NCBI GenBank assembly: GCA_964246695.1
Contig: CAXTSI010000002.1
Location: forward strand, 2,690-66,689
DNA from: an uncultured bacterium
GTDB lineage: Bacteria; Cyanobacteriota; Cyanobacteriia; Cyanobacteriales; Nostocaceae
Direction of reading: 5' to 3'
DNA length: 64,000 nucleotides
Positions 38,544 to 48,730 of the stretch are shown piece after piece (positions within the stretch are counted from its first letter, which is position 1; the number at the start of each line of letters is the position of its first letter). The notes below the pieces were generated by a model that was given only the letters and a program-made list of their open reading frames with translations, ran no database searches and was not told the origin of the DNA. The position numbers and the translations under genes are program-made.

Positions 38544-40775
38544 CTACCCTAATTCAGAAAATTCAATTATAAACGTTGTGCCTTTACTATTATCAAGGTT
38601 TATGGTTCCCTCTAGTTGTTCTGTGAACGTACATACCAGTTGCAGCCCCAAAGACTCTGTGTTTCGGAAGTCCAACTCTTGGGGTAAACCCACACCGTTA
38701 TCACCAATAATCAGTGTAAATTCATTAACATGACTTGAGTGAATTTCAATAAAAATTTCCGGCTGCTCCCTGGTTGGTGTAAAGGCATGTTTGAGGGAAT
38801 TTAAAAAAAGTTCATTGATAATTAACCCACAGGGAATTGCCGTATCAATTTTTAGCCAAATATCTTGAGCATTTATTCTCAAGGTAATTGGCTGTGAACT
38901 AGCAGAATATGAACGAAGTAAATTAGCTGCTAGTTCACGGATATATTCGGCAAAATCTATCCTGAATAGGTCTTTGGATTGATACAGTTTTTCGTGGATG
39001 AGGGCCATTGAACGGATACGACTCTGGCTCTCGTTGAATAATGCTAGTGTTTTTTCATCCTTTATATAGTCACACTGCAGTCTCAGCAAGCTGGAAATAG
39101 TTTGGAGATTATTTTTGACTCGGTGATGAACTTCCTTGAGGAGGATGTCTTTTTCTTTAAGTGATGCTAATAGCTGCTCCTCTGCCCGTTTACGCTCAGC
39201 CAGTTCAGATTGAACTTGCTGATACAGTTCAGACTGCTGGATGGCAATGGCAACGTGCGTTGCCAGTTGTTGGAGCAAATCTACTTCAAACTGGCGCCAG
39301 TACCTAGGCTCGGAACAGTGGTAAGCACACAACAAACCCCACAAATGTTCTCTTTGGAGGATGGGAACTACCAGGCTAGCTCGGATGCTAAACAAAGCCA
39401 GGATATCGATGTGACACTGAGTAAAACCATCTGTGTAAATATCCTCTGTGACGAGAGTCCGCCCTTTTTTGTAAGATTGAGCATAGTTTTTCCCAAAGCA
39501 AGTGTCTTGGATGGTGCTGTTCAAAGCTGGCTGCCAACCAGAAGCAACGGATTCGACCACAACCGTTCCACTTAAGTCTAGGTTAAAACGGTAAATAATC
39601 ACTCGCTCTGTCTGCAGAAACTGCCGCACTTCGGCGACTGTGGTGTTAAGTATTTCATCTAAGTTGAGTGACTCCCGAATGCGTAGTGCCATTGCAGTTA
39701 AGAGGCGATTAGACTGAAGCTGTTCTAGGAGTACTGCTGGGGTATCTTGCGCTTGAAGTTCTATATCAGTGTTACTTGATTGTAACAGTTCGGCTTTTTT
39801 GGTTTCAAATTGTTCAATGGAGATCTGTAGTTGCTCTACGGTGCGCCGCATTACCGTTACATCTAGTGTTTGCAGAAAGCTAGTTGGCGTCACAATGCCC
39901 AAAATTTCTCTACAGCTTTCAGACACTACAAATTGCTGCACGCGTTGTTGTTGCATTTTCCAGTAGCCAATCAGTGCTGATTCTGTTGGACTACAATGCA
40001 GTAACGGCGTATGCATTACGGTCTGAGCCAGCGTCTGCGATAAATCTAGTCCTAGAGCCTGAAGCTGGACGAGATCCCGCTTCATCACGATCCCCACTGG
40101 CTGCATGCCAGCCCGATCATCTGCTGCCATCAGCACCACACCATTGACCTGATGTTCTACCATCAACTGAGCTAAACTCAGTGCCGAGGTCGTCACTGAT
40201 GCCTGAATTACTCGAGTGGAAATCACCTCTGCCAACTGCCGTGATTTCAGTAATTCATCAAGTTGCAGCGCTTGACGAATACTTTCGAGGGTGACCATGC
40301 CCACCAGTTGTCCCTGAGCATCCACAATTGGTAGATGGCGCATCTTGTGTTCGCGTAGCAGTGACAGGGCAGTAAAAATATCCTGTGCGTCATCTTGCTG
40401 CAGTGTGAACACTGGCTGCCTCATGACTTCAGCAACTTTCACTTCTACTAAATTCTTGCCGGTGGCAATTACCTGTACTGCATCTGTTTCAGTAAATAAA
40501 CCAAGTAACTGCGTTCCTTCCACTACAAGTATGCCACTAGCTCTGGCTTCCAGCAAAAATGTAGTGTCCAGTAATAAGTTCAAACTCGGTAGAACACAAC
40601 TGCTCCGTGCTTTGCCCATAATTGTAATTGTCTCTGTAAGTGACGTATCAGGAGTCACCTTCAGAAAGCGACGGTCAATTGCAGGTTCTAAGCTAAACAA
40701 AGATGTTGATGGTTGCTGTTGCATATTTATAGCGGTTTTTATCCCTTGTTGAATCCCGATCGCCCGCTCGCTCAT
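38544..40775 (-). CDS. Sensor histidine kinase with CBS pairs, a GAF domain and a HisKA_2/HWE-type kinase core
   Basis: CBS-like '[18 protein letters not shown]'. GAF region '[19 protein letters not shown]'. '[20 protein letters not shown]' H-box. 'GDNGVGLP'. Confidence 0.85.
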   Translation of the reverse strand: MSERAIGIQQGIKTAINMQQQPSTSLFSLEPAIDRRFLKVTPDTSLTETITIMGKARSSCVLPSLNLLLDTTFLLEARASGILVVEGTQLLGLFTETDAVQVIATGKNLVEVKVAEVMRQPVFTLQQDDAQDIFTALSLLREHKMRHLPIVDAQGQLVGMVTLESIRQALQLDELLKSRQLAEVISTRVIQASVTTSALSLAQLMVEHQVNGVVLMAADDRAGMQPVGIVMKRDLVQLQALGLDLSQTLAQTVMHTPLLHCSPTESALIGYWKMQQQRVQQFVVSESCREILGIVTPTSFLQTLDVTVMRRTVEQLQISIEQFETKKAELLQSSNTDIELQAQDTPAVLLEQLQSNRLLTAMALRIRESLNLDEILNTTVAEVRQFLQTERVIIYRFNLDLSGTVVVESVASGWQPALNSTIQDTCFGKNYAQSYKKGRTLVTEDIYTDGFTQCHIDILALFSIRASLVVPILQREHLWGLLCAYHCSEPRYWRQFEVDLLQQLATHVAIAIQQSELYQQVQSELAERKRAEEQLLASLKEKDILLKEVHHRVKNNLQTISSLLRLQCDYIKDEKTLALFNESQSRIRSMALIHEKLYQSKDLFRIDFAEYIRELAANLLRSYSASSQPITLRINAQDIWLKIDTAIPCGLIINELFLNSLKHAFTPTREQPEIFIEIHSSHVNEFTLIIGDNGVGLPQELDFRNTESLGLQLVCTFTEQLEGTINLDNSKGTTFIIEFSELG

Positions 40776-40915
40776 GTGGTATTCTATCTATGGTGGCTCA
40801 AGTTTCACTGTCTGAATCTTGATCGTGGATTGAAATCAGCTTGGGATTGCTGCTACAATTCAACTGGATGCGGCAAATATTTTACTTCACTCACCAAGCC
40901 TCCACTAAGTTTTGA

Positions 40916-41251
40916 TTAATCTTTACAGGTTGATGAGCAAATTGGCAACGGTTGAGCCGATCGCAATACAGCATCTAGCAACCCTGGAAACAGCGCCTCT
41001 AAATCTTCTCGCCGCAATGTATTAATGTGCAGTGTCCCTTCTTTACGAGTCAGCAGTACGCCTGACTCCCGCAAAATCTTGAAATGATTTGACATTGTGG
41101 ACTTGGCGATCGCAAAATCGAAGTTAGCACAGCATTGCTCCCCTTTGCTTGCCAGCAGACGCACAATCTCTAGCCGCACGGGGTCGCCTAACGCATACAG
41201 CACTCCTGCCAAAGATATGTGTTTTCGATCTGGGTGATAGAGGAATCTCAT
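40916..41251 (-). CDS. ArsR-family helix-turn-helix transcriptional regulator
   Basis: 'LGDPVRLEIVRLLASKGEQCCANFDFAIAKSTMSNHFKILRESGVLLTRKEG'. Confidence 0.8.
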   Translation of the reverse strand: MRFLYHPDRKHISLAGVLYALGDPVRLEIVRLLASKGEQCCANFDFAIAKSTMSNHFKILRESGVLLTRKEGTLHINTLRREDLEALFPGLLDAVLRSAQPLPICSSTCKD

Positions 41252-41288
41252 ACTTGCATTATCTCATTAAATCGACTATATTTTTATT

Positions 41289-41305
41289 ATTCGATTTTAT
41301 CGAAT
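41289..41305. promoter_or_regulatory. Candidate autoregulatory operator ATTCGAT-N3-ATCGAAT
   Basis: A perfect 7-3-7 palindrome 38 nt upstream of the regulator start (41251, minus strand). Confidence 0.35.
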
Positions 41306-41321
41306 AAACGAACATATATGG

Positions 41322-41459
41322 GAGAACAACGTTGCCCGCTTGATGGAGGAGCAGAAAATCTCAGCCCGAAAAGCGGCTTCTGAAGCGATGCATGAGGTCA
41401 CTGGTGCAGTTATTGCCACTTCCCTGGTGCTGATGGCGGTATTTGTCCCCAACCTACAG
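41322..41459 (+). pseudogene. 46-codon fragment of an RND (AcrB-like) permease gene
   Basis: 'ENNVARLMEEQKISARKAASEAMHEVTGAVIATSLVLMAVFVPNLQ' matches the TM4-proximal AcrB region. It is bounded by a single MITE end (CGGACATGATAT) at about 41470. Confidence 0.7.
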
Positions 41460-41634
41460 GTATTATAAGTGTTCATGCGGACATGATATTACAGGCTGTT
41501 TACGATCGGGGTCGCCTCCAAGGCACAGTAGTAAAGAAAAGGGTCGTTTTCTTTACCACTAGTTGCAATTAATCCTGGCTGAAAATTACTTGGGGAAACA
41601 GGTTGAGGGAATTAGTATAACTCTCTCGCTACAT

Positions 41635-42669
41635 CTACACTCCTGATTGAAGTTTTACGGCTCCTAAATTGACAGAAGGTAGATCGATACCACCATCCGT
41701 CTTTGTGTCTGATGGAAAACAGGGATTATTGACATTAACCAACTCAGCAGATGAACAAGTCACATCAGGAGCGAAAATAGAGTACCCATAAATTGTCTGA
41801 CCGGGGCTAACGAGTTCGCTTGTTTTGATAACAATACCACCCAAAGTTTGTCCGGCAGGTACTGTCAGAGCGGGGTTTTGAGCAGTTCCCGTTCCACCAT
41901 CAGCAATATTGTTTAGGAAATAGGTTTGGGGAATGGGTGTGACGAGAGGAACTTTTCCCCAAGAAGAAGCTGGTATGTTGACAACGGAACCGTAATCGAT
42001 TGGTTTACCAGAAGAATTAACTCCTGTAATCGCAGCAATTCCAAAACCATCGTGTCCAGCTGGTACACCTCTTTCAAAGACAACAAAACCAGTGTCATCA
42101 CTAGCCTCGACAAGAGTTTTCAAAACAAAGTCTACGCGCTCAATACTGACGTTGCCGTTATAAAGTGTACCCCCAACGTTAGCTCCTGTGTTAGTGAAGA
42201 CGTTATCAAAGCCAGCAAGTATGTTATTTCCCGAAAAAAGTTGCTGTTGGGAAAGTGAACCAGGACCTAACAAGGTAAAGGTATTGTTGGACGAGTCGAA
42301 TGTGCCAAAATACCAAGCTGACTGCCTCCTGTCGGTACGTGGTTTGCGGCGAACATATACAGAAGCAGGTATAGCTTGGTCTATAGTGGCTGTTCCGCCA
42401 TTGAAGGAGAAACCTGTGATTGATTGAGTTAATCCCAAAAAGTTAAGGTTATAAGTCCCACCTTCAAACTCACTGTCTCCTCTAACACTAGAAACCGAGT
42501 TAATCGGAGCAGCCGTTGTTTTGATTGTCATGGAGGTGATATCAGTCCCAAGAGGTACACTTTGCGCCACTACCCGACCAGAAAACAAATTAATAAATAA
42601 GACCAAGGACAAGCCAAAAAATAAACAAATACCTACACTGGTATTCAGGCGCTTGCGGAAATAGTTCAT
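41635..42669 (-). CDS. Hypothetical exported protein (N-terminal signal anchor, Gly/Thr/Asn-rich)
   Basis: A long ORF with 'MNYFRKRLNTSVGICLFFGLSLVLFINLF'. I recognise no family. Confidence 0.55.
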   Translation of the reverse strand: MNYFRKRLNTSVGICLFFGLSLVLFINLFSGRVVAQSVPLGTDITSMTIKTTAAPINSVSSVRGDSEFEGGTYNLNFLGLTQSITGFSFNGGTATIDQAIPASVYVRRKPRTDRRQSAWYFGTFDSSNNTFTLLGPGSLSQQQLFSGNNILAGFDNVFTNTGANVGGTLYNGNVSIERVDFVLKTLVEASDDTGFVVFERGVPAGHDGFGIAAITGVNSSGKPIDYGSVVNIPASSWGKVPLVTPIPQTYFLNNIADGGTGTAQNPALTVPAGQTLGGIVIKTSELVSPGQTIYGYSIFAPDVTCSSAELVNVNNPCFPSDTKTDGGIDLPSVNLGAVKLQSGV

Positions 42670-42804
42670 AAAAAACTCAGTACTCCTAAACAAGTAAGGA
42701 TAGAAATAGTACATTTTTTAGTTTCCCGCAAAATCAGCATCAATGCTTACCTCAGATTGAGGCAGCTTTAAATCAAAGTCGGCTGTCCTTGTAAAAAGCA
42801 CCAG

Positions 42805-43010
42805 ATGAGTAAGGTTATATTCCTAGATACTGGTCCGCTATCACAAGTAACACATCCTAGAGTGGAGCCGAAAATCAAAAAGTAGTTGCAATCTTTACAG
42901 AAAACTAAAACTATCCTCCGTGTACCAGAAATAGCTGACTATGAAGTTCGACGAGAATTGCACCAGACTCGTTAAACAGAAGAGTCAAGAGCGCCTTAAC
43001 CTTTACAAGG
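42805..43010 (+). pseudogene. PIN-domain (VapC-like) gene remnant with an in-frame TAG and truncation
   Basis: 'MSKVIFLDTGPLSQVTHPRVEPKIKK*LQSLQKTKTILRVPEIADYEVRRELHQTR*'. The TAG at 42883 sits where I would expect a Trp codon. The rest is lost to a hairpin repeat. Confidence 0.6.
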
Positions 43011-43170
43011 GTGAGGGCGGGCAGGATGCCCACCCTACAAGAAATTTATTCCTCTTGTGGGGTGGGCGTCTCGCCCGCCCGATATTCAAGTTAATTATGT
43101 CTACTTACTTACTATTTAATTTTATCAATGGCTTGTGGGGGTGGGAGGTATTGCCCACCCAGTCTCTGAA

Positions 43171-43374
43171 TTAAGTGCTCTGACGGGAGGAACGTCTCCG
43201 ATACCGCTTAGACTTGGCAACGTCTTTAGCTTTACGCTTGTGTTTTTCCAAAGGAGTCTCAAAGTGACGATGCTTCTTCATATCTGGAAAAATCCCCGCC
43301 TTAGAAACTTCTCGTTTAAATCGACGTAGGGCTGACTCAATTCCTTCATTTTCGCCCGTGATTATTTGGGTCAT
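43171..43374 (-). CDS. rpsU: 30S ribosomal protein S21
   Basis: '[48 protein letters not shown]'. Confidence 0.95.
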   Translation of the reverse strand: MTQIITGENEGIESALRRFKREVSKAGIFPDMKKHRHFETPLEKHKRKAKDVAKSKRYRRRSSRQST

Positions 43375-43444
43375 TCTCTCTCCTACTTAGTTAACTTAAT
43401 TGATGGTTGGGTGGCGGGATCTAAACAATCCAGTCAAATACGAG

Positions 43445-43473
43445 TAAAAAAGGGCAAGACTCCCTGTCTGCCC
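43445..43473 (-). terminator. Intrinsic terminator/attenuator between rbp and rpsU
   Basis: The minus strand reads GGGCAGAC-AGGGA-GTCTTGCCC followed by TTTTTT. Confidence 0.7.
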
Positions 43474-43546
43474 AAAATACCCGAAAGTTAAATTCTTTGC
43501 TTGGGATGAAACGATTAGAGAAAAAGCAAAGACTTAACGAAGAAGC

Positions 43547-43873
43547 TTAGTAGCGGCGAGAGTATCCTCCTCCCCCTCCTCCACTATTGTTTCCTCGTCT
43601 ATCACCACCACCACCAAAGGAACCTCTGTCTTCGCGCGGCTTAGCCTTATTAACCTTGAGGTTACGACCCATCCACTCAGCAGTGTCAAGGGCTTCAATC
43701 GCTGCAGTTTCTTCTGCATCTGTTCCCATTTCTACAAAAGCGAAACCACGCAAACGACCAGTTTCCCGGTCTTTTGGCACTTGAATGCTCTTAACAGTCC
43801 CATATTCTGAGAAGACTTGCTTTAGGTCATCTTCTACAACTTCATAGGAAAGATTACCGACATAAATTGACAT
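43547..43873 (-). CDS. rbp: Glycine-rich RRM-type RNA-binding protein
   Basis: 'MSIYVGNLSYEVVEDDLKQVFSEYGTVKSIQVPKDRETGRLRGFAFVEM' (RNP2/RNP1) plus a 'GGGGDRRGNNSGGGGGGY' tail. An rbp-rpsU linkage is known in Anabaena-type cyanobacteria. Confidence 0.95.
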   Translation of the reverse strand: MSIYVGNLSYEVVEDDLKQVFSEYGTVKSIQVPKDRETGRLRGFAFVEMGTDAEETAAIEALDTAEWMGRNLKVNKAKPREDRGSFGGGGDRRGNNSGGGGGGYSRRY

Positions 43874-44053
43874 AAAAAACATCTCCAGAATCAGATGGTG
43901 TAGAGATTTGGATTCGGAGAGAGGCTTGTAATACAAATAAGCACAAACTGCATAACCGAATATAATCTTCAATGAGTATAACATAAAATTTATCAGCTGT
44001 GCTGACTGCACTACCACTGCCACAATTTTAGAGATGCAATTTTAGATAAACCG

Positions 44054-45778
44054 TTAATTTAAATCTAGGCATAACTGGGTAAACGTAGATATTCCACGCG
44101 CACATCGTTTCCTAGACCTAGACGCGGCAACGGATACCGCGTCATTACCCGTTGGAATCACACCAACCTCAAAAAGCTCCAATTGGACTGGATTGCCTGA
44201 CAGTCCATGCTTGCCCACAGAGTGGACAAGCTGACCGCCAAGCTTAACCTTTTGCGTCCTGTTAGGACGGGCAGTGTAATATTGGTGTCTCGGAGTGCCT
44301 TTGACACTCTTACTCACTTTACTCCAGTGCGACCAAACGTGCTTCACCTTAGTTTTTTCGGCGTAGGCGGACATGTCACTACGTAAATGATGTTGATTTG
44401 GGATTCTTTCTGAGAATCTTCGACCACGACGCGCTATGACGAACGCTGCCGAGGATGACGAATTCATGCCATACATAGACATGAATTTCATCAAACCTAC
44501 TAAACTGCTAAAAGCCGCCTCAACTTTCTTGTGATAAATACCGTGTTTTTGGCAAGCATATAAGAGCGCGTCATTCCACTGACTGTAGGCGAAAGAAGAT
44601 AGCATACGAGCATACTTCTTGCCTTTTTCTTTAAGTTGCTCCTTTTTACCGGAAAAGTCTAATTTTTCTGAGACTATGGGGAAATTGTACTGTTTAGCTT
44701 TAAAGGCAATGAAAGTGGCAGCATCACTAAGAATTGCTGATCGTTGATTAGAATTTTTGGAATGAAGGTCGATTTTGTAATCACCAAATTCCAGTAAATT
44801 ACCTTGGGCATCGCATACAGCCCACCCAACAGAGTCCGCATTCAAATCAATGCCAACGTAACCGGAAAGGTACTCTGAGGTAATTTCAGGTAAGTTAACG
44901 TCTGTCGTTGCCGCAATATACCAACCATCATTTTTCCAATAAAAGCGGAGTGTTACAGCACTGCACCCAATTGCCCATTTTTCGTTCTTATCTTTGGTTC
45001 GTACTTTATAACAACGCTCCGAAATAGCTTCAATAATTTCGTGTTTCCCGTGCTTGAAGTTTAAACTATCAATACGAATGTATTGACCTCCTAGCCTTTC
45101 TTCTAAAGCGTAGGGAGTGCGAATAGAAAGGACAAACTTATCAGTGCTTTCAATGTAATCAAACTGCGCTAACTGGTTGCCGGAGGATTCATCCTTACTG
45201 CCAACAAGCATGAAGCCGTTAGCATCAGGTAAAACATAATTAGGTACGGTGCAAGTGAGGTGTTTAAGCTTGTTTTCTAATAAGCTTAACCTCCGTTTCT
45301 TTTGGTGTAAACCAAATTTAGCGTCCTGGAGTTCTGTTGTCTGGCGTTGTTTTGCATAAAGATTACAAGCTTTTTTGATTTTTAGTTTTATAGCTGAAAA
45401 GCCTTTCAAATCGCGCTTTGATTTTTCCTTATTATCCTGAAGTACAAAATCTTTAATCTGCTTTTCACGCTTTCTGATGTCAGATCTGATTGATTTAATC
45501 TGACCTTCTAGCACTTTGATATGGTTAGCTCTATTTTCATTAATATTGGATACAATTGCTTGCACCTCTGTGTAAATAGAGTTAGCCCACCGCTTGTTGA
45601 TATTAAACTTAGCTTGTAATTGCTTGTTACATTCAAGCTTACTCTTACCACTAATAATCAACTCAAGGCAGTAGTGACGAGCCGAGTCAACCAAGTTAAA
45701 AAGAGCAAACAACTCTCCCCAATGCCAAAATTCTATTTGGTCTGTATAAGTTTTAGTTGACTCCGCCACGTTTATCAC
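44054..45778 (-). CDS. TnpB-related (IS200/IS605 OrfB-like, RuvC-fold) protein lacking a zinc ribbon and the third catalytic acidic residue
   Basis: 574 aa. 'YVGIDLNADSVGWAV' (RuvC-I-like). 'FPIVSEKLDFSGKK' (RuvC-II-like). 'VEAAFSSLVG' stands where TnpB has TSQxCxxCG. 'NSSSSAAFVIARRG' stands where TnpB has D.NAA.NI. There is no CxxC pair in the last 170 aa, and there is a basic tail of about 120 aa. Confidence 0.6.
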   Translation of the reverse strand: MINVAESTKTYTDQIEFWHWGELFALFNLVDSARHYCLELIISGKSKLECNKQLQAKFNINKRWANSIYTEVQAIVSNINENRANHIKVLEGQIKSIRSDIRKREKQIKDFVLQDNKEKSKRDLKGFSAIKLKIKKACNLYAKQRQTTELQDAKFGLHQKKRRLSLLENKLKHLTCTVPNYVLPDANGFMLVGSKDESSGNQLAQFDYIESTDKFVLSIRTPYALEERLGGQYIRIDSLNFKHGKHEIIEAISERCYKVRTKDKNEKWAIGCSAVTLRFYWKNDGWYIAATTDVNLPEITSEYLSGYVGIDLNADSVGWAVCDAQGNLLEFGDYKIDLHSKNSNQRSAILSDAATFIAFKAKQYNFPIVSEKLDFSGKKEQLKEKGKKYARMLSSFAYSQWNDALLYACQKHGIYHKKVEAAFSSLVGLMKFMSMYGMNSSSSAAFVIARRGRRFSERIPNQHHLRSDMSAYAEKTKVKHVWSHWSKVSKSVKGTPRHQYYTARPNRTQKVKLGGQLVHSVGKHGLSGNPVQLELFEVGVIPTGNDAVSVAASRSRKRCARGISTFTQLCLDLN

Positions 45779-45865
45779 CTCCCGTGCAATGTTTTATCTG
45801 TATAATCTATATTATAAGTCTCAGTTGTGAGACTGTCAACAATTAATTAAGAACAAACTAAAAAA

Positions 45866-46078
45866 ATGCCTACACCTGAATGGAGACAAAGAAACGCTCA
45901 CAAGAACAGACAGTATTCCGCAAAGTATAATCAAAACAACACGGTTGTTACTGTCGTCCTTAAGCCGTGGGTTGTTGAAGAGGTAAACAAAATCAAAGAC
46001 ACGTCTGAATCGTATGGAGGATGGGTTAGAAAGCAGATAGAAGCCATTGCAGAAAAGCAAAGACTTGATGCGGAGTAA
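45866..46078 (+). CDS. Small protein, possibly a ribbon-helix-helix DNA-binding protein, divergent from the TnpB-related gene
   Basis: 70 aa. 'NTVVTVVLKPWVVEEVNKIKDTSESYGGWVRKQIEAIAEKQ' has a strand-helix-helix pattern. A good hairpin (ATATCTATGTAG-N5-CTGCATAGATAT) follows at about 46104. Confidence 0.45.
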   Translation: MPTPEWRQRNAHKNRQYSAKYNQNNTVVTVVLKPWVVEEVNKIKDTSESYGGWVRKQIEAIAEKQRLDAE

Positions 46079-46499
46079 TCTTTAAGCAGTCAAACAGCTA
46101 ATATCTATGTAGTAAAAAAAGTTCTGCATAGATATACCAAGATATTAGCAAGCAGCAGTTAACCCCACGCGGCAAGCCATAATAAGCGACCTCTCCACGC
46201 CCAACGGGAAAGCCAGTTCCCTGGGCGCGGGAAACAAGCTGCAAGGACTGGACTCACCAGTCGCCTAGGTCGGTGCCAGTGCGCCTATACGGGTAACGCG
46301 ATCGCAGGATAAGAGCGTTGGAGACACTCGTGTCGGCGCTTACGCTCCCCAACCCCTCCCCTAATAGGGGAGGGGAGACTTTGACGCAAGTCAAAGGCGG
46401 GTTGAAGGTAAGACCTAAATGATAAGTCATTTACCGAGCATGATATAATAAACCAAAGTTTTGTGTTTGATGGTATGCAATTAGACATAAAATTGTGAC

Positions 46500-47621
46500 T
46501 CACTTACTCAGAATCTTTAATAATGCCTGCCGATAAATATTTATACCTTCATCATTTAAATGAGCGCCATCTTCAGAACTTAAACTATCTTTCAACGCAG
46601 TATTCTCATTTAATGATTGAACTTGTTGTAGTTCAAATGGTATATTGTTTTTGACTGCAACTTGATTCATGACAACATTAATCTGCTCTACTCTAGAATT
46701 TGTTGCTGAAATACTTGGATCTTTACTAGCTGCAACTGTTGAGTAAAAAGCTGGAATCAAAAAGATTCGGTTACTGCCAAGGCTTCGCACTAAGGAAATT
46801 GATTCTTGGAGTTTGTTCGCAAACAATTGATCGCTTAATCCGTACCAAGCATCATTTCCACCAATGGCGATCGCCGCTGAGTCGCATCTAACTTTGGTCG
46901 GAATCAGAAGTTTCAGTTGTTCAACAAGTGAAATACCACTTAAACCATTTAACGCAAAATTAAAAGTCCCATTACCAAGGGTATTACCAAGTTCAGCTGT
47001 AACAGAATCCCCAAACAAGCAAGCAGAGAATTGCTTTCCTTCAGTAGCAAATTTCTGATATTGGACTTCAAGTTGCCATAAAGGTGTAGAACTTAAGTTA
47101 TCTGACGGTGGGATCTCAGTGGGATATAAATTTAACTGACTGACAATATTTAACGCTGCTGGAGTGTTAATAACTAGTCTTTCACTGGGATAAGCTTCAA
47201 GAAGGCTGATGATTCCCAAACCATCTTGAGAATTAGCCCCTAGGATAATAGCAGCGTTTAGTGCTTGTACCCCGGCTTTGTCACGACGGGCGATCGCTTG
47301 GGAAACATTAGATAAAATGCTGTTCGCCAGTTCTGTATTTAATAGTTTATTCAAAGCCACAAGCGAAAGAGACATTTTTACTTGTAGCGCCTGATGAAAC
47401 TCACGAACTTCTTCGCGATTGAAAAATTTCAGAAAAAATCCCAAATCAGAAGAAACTTGTTGCCTATCTGCATACTTACGTAAATCGGCAATAGGTAGTG
47501 ATTGTTCAAACAAGCCATACTGAAAGACAATCTTTTCAGCGGCAAAAGAAGGAGTTGCAGCCGTCGTCAGTAATAGTACGCAAATAAATACACTTAGCAC
47601 CACATAGCGCAAATATCTCAT
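46500..47621 (-). CDS. Exported DUF1400-like domain plus SGNH/GDSL hydrolase
   Basis: Signal 'MRYLRYVVLSVFICVLLLTTAATPSFA'. 'IVFQYGLFEQSLPIADLRKYA' is DUF1400-like. 'CLFGDSVTAELGN' (GDS block), 'GGNDAWYG', 'DGAHLNDEG'. Confidence 0.75.
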   Translation of the reverse strand: MRYLRYVVLSVFICVLLLTTAATPSFAAEKIVFQYGLFEQSLPIADLRKYADRQQVSSDLGFFLKFFNREEVREFHQALQVKMSLSLVALNKLLNTELANSILSNVSQAIARRDKAGVQALNAAIILGANSQDGLGIISLLEAYPSERLVINTPAALNIVSQLNLYPTEIPPSDNLSSTPLWQLEVQYQKFATEGKQFSACLFGDSVTAELGNTLGNGTFNFALNGLSGISLVEQLKLLIPTKVRCDSAAIAIGGNDAWYGLSDQLFANKLQESISLVRSLGSNRIFLIPAFYSTVAASKDPSISATNSRVEQINVVMNQVAVKNNIPFELQQVQSLNENTALKDSLSSEDGAHLNDEGINIYRQALLKILSK

Positions 47622-48024
47622 AAATCTTAACAGGATGTTTATGCAATTAATTATTTTGACATTTAATGTCGGTTTTAAATTGTGAAACATACACATGACG
47701 TCCCCGGACCTACAAGGTCCGGGGAGAAATTCAAAGCCTCTCCCCTTGTAGTTATCGAGGAATGGAAGCGAGGTTTTCCAGATCCCGTGAGTTGCATTAT
47801 TTACTTAACTATATTATAGTTTGATTATTCGATTTTTTTGAAAGACCGAAATACCAGCCAAGAGGTTCTGTGCCCGATTGCAGCAGTGCTTGTACTCCGG
47901 ATTGGTCAACGTCCTAGTACAACAGATTCACAGATATCTCCTGCTTAATTGAAGGTTCGTAGTTGCGCTAAGCTAAAGCGCAACTACGAAACCTAGCTTA
48001 CTTTTAAAGGAGGAACATGAGAAA

Positions 48025-48712
48025 ATGCCAACAGCTTTGATTGTCGGAGCAGGTAGTGGACTGAGCGCATCTTTAGCTCGCCTGTTTGCACTAGAGGGAT
48101 TTACTGTAGCTTTAGCAGCTCGCCAGATTGAGAAACTCAGTCAACTTAGTAGTGAGATTGGGGCTAGTGGTTTCGCCTGCGATTCCTCAAAACCAGAGGA
48201 AGTGCAGCAGTTATTTATCGATGTTGAAAGTCGTGTAGGTTCCCCGAATGTCGTCGTTTACAACCCGAGTTTCCGGGTGAATGGACCCTTTGTTGAACTA
48301 AACCCGGCTGACGTGGCGAAAACTCTAGATGTAACTGCTTATGGAGGCTTTCTCGTTGCACAAGCCGCAGCCAAACGCATGTTAAATCAGGGAGGCGGTG
48401 CTATCTTCTTTACTGGAGCCTCAGCAAGTGTCAAGGGTTATCCTCGGTCTGCTCCCTTTGCAATGGGTAAATTTGCATTGCGCGGTTTGGCTCAAAGTAT
48501 TGCTCGGGAACTTGCTCCGCAGAATATCCATGTGGCACCCGATCGTAATCGACGGTGCGATCCGCTCAGCACAACGCCAAGAGTCAGCAGATAATCCAGA
48601 TAGTATGCTCGACCCTGATGCGATCGCCCAAACCTATCTCAACATTCTCCGCCAGCCTCGCAGTGCCTGGACATGGGAAGTTGAACTTCGACCTTGGGTC
48701 GAGCGCTTTTAA
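48025..48712 (+). pseudogene. Short-chain dehydrogenase/reductase with a frameshift near 48531..48540 (or a sequencing error)
   Basis: 'ALIVGAGSGLSASLARL' (TGxxxGxG-like) and 'GASASVKGY...FAMGKFALRG' run to '...QNIHVA'. The conserved continuation 'IVIDGAIRS...' is in the ORF at 48398..48712 in another frame. Confidence 0.7.
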
Positions 48713-48730
48713 ATTACAAGGAGAAATACC

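Noticed and set aside
44054-45778. The TnpB-like gene was considered as Cas12k of a type V-K CAST, given the cyanobacterial host and a tRNA gene in the window.
   Set aside because: There are no tnsB/tnsC/tniQ genes, no CRISPR array or tracrRNA-like region. The tRNA is 13 kb away, and the protein does not resemble Cas12k as I recall it.
45836-46060. A 74-aa minus-strand ORF overlapping the 70-aa RHH-like ORF.
   Set aside because: It is a hydrophobic, low-complexity sequence without motifs. The + strand ORF has a strand-helix-helix pattern and a downstream hairpin. Neither ORF is proven.
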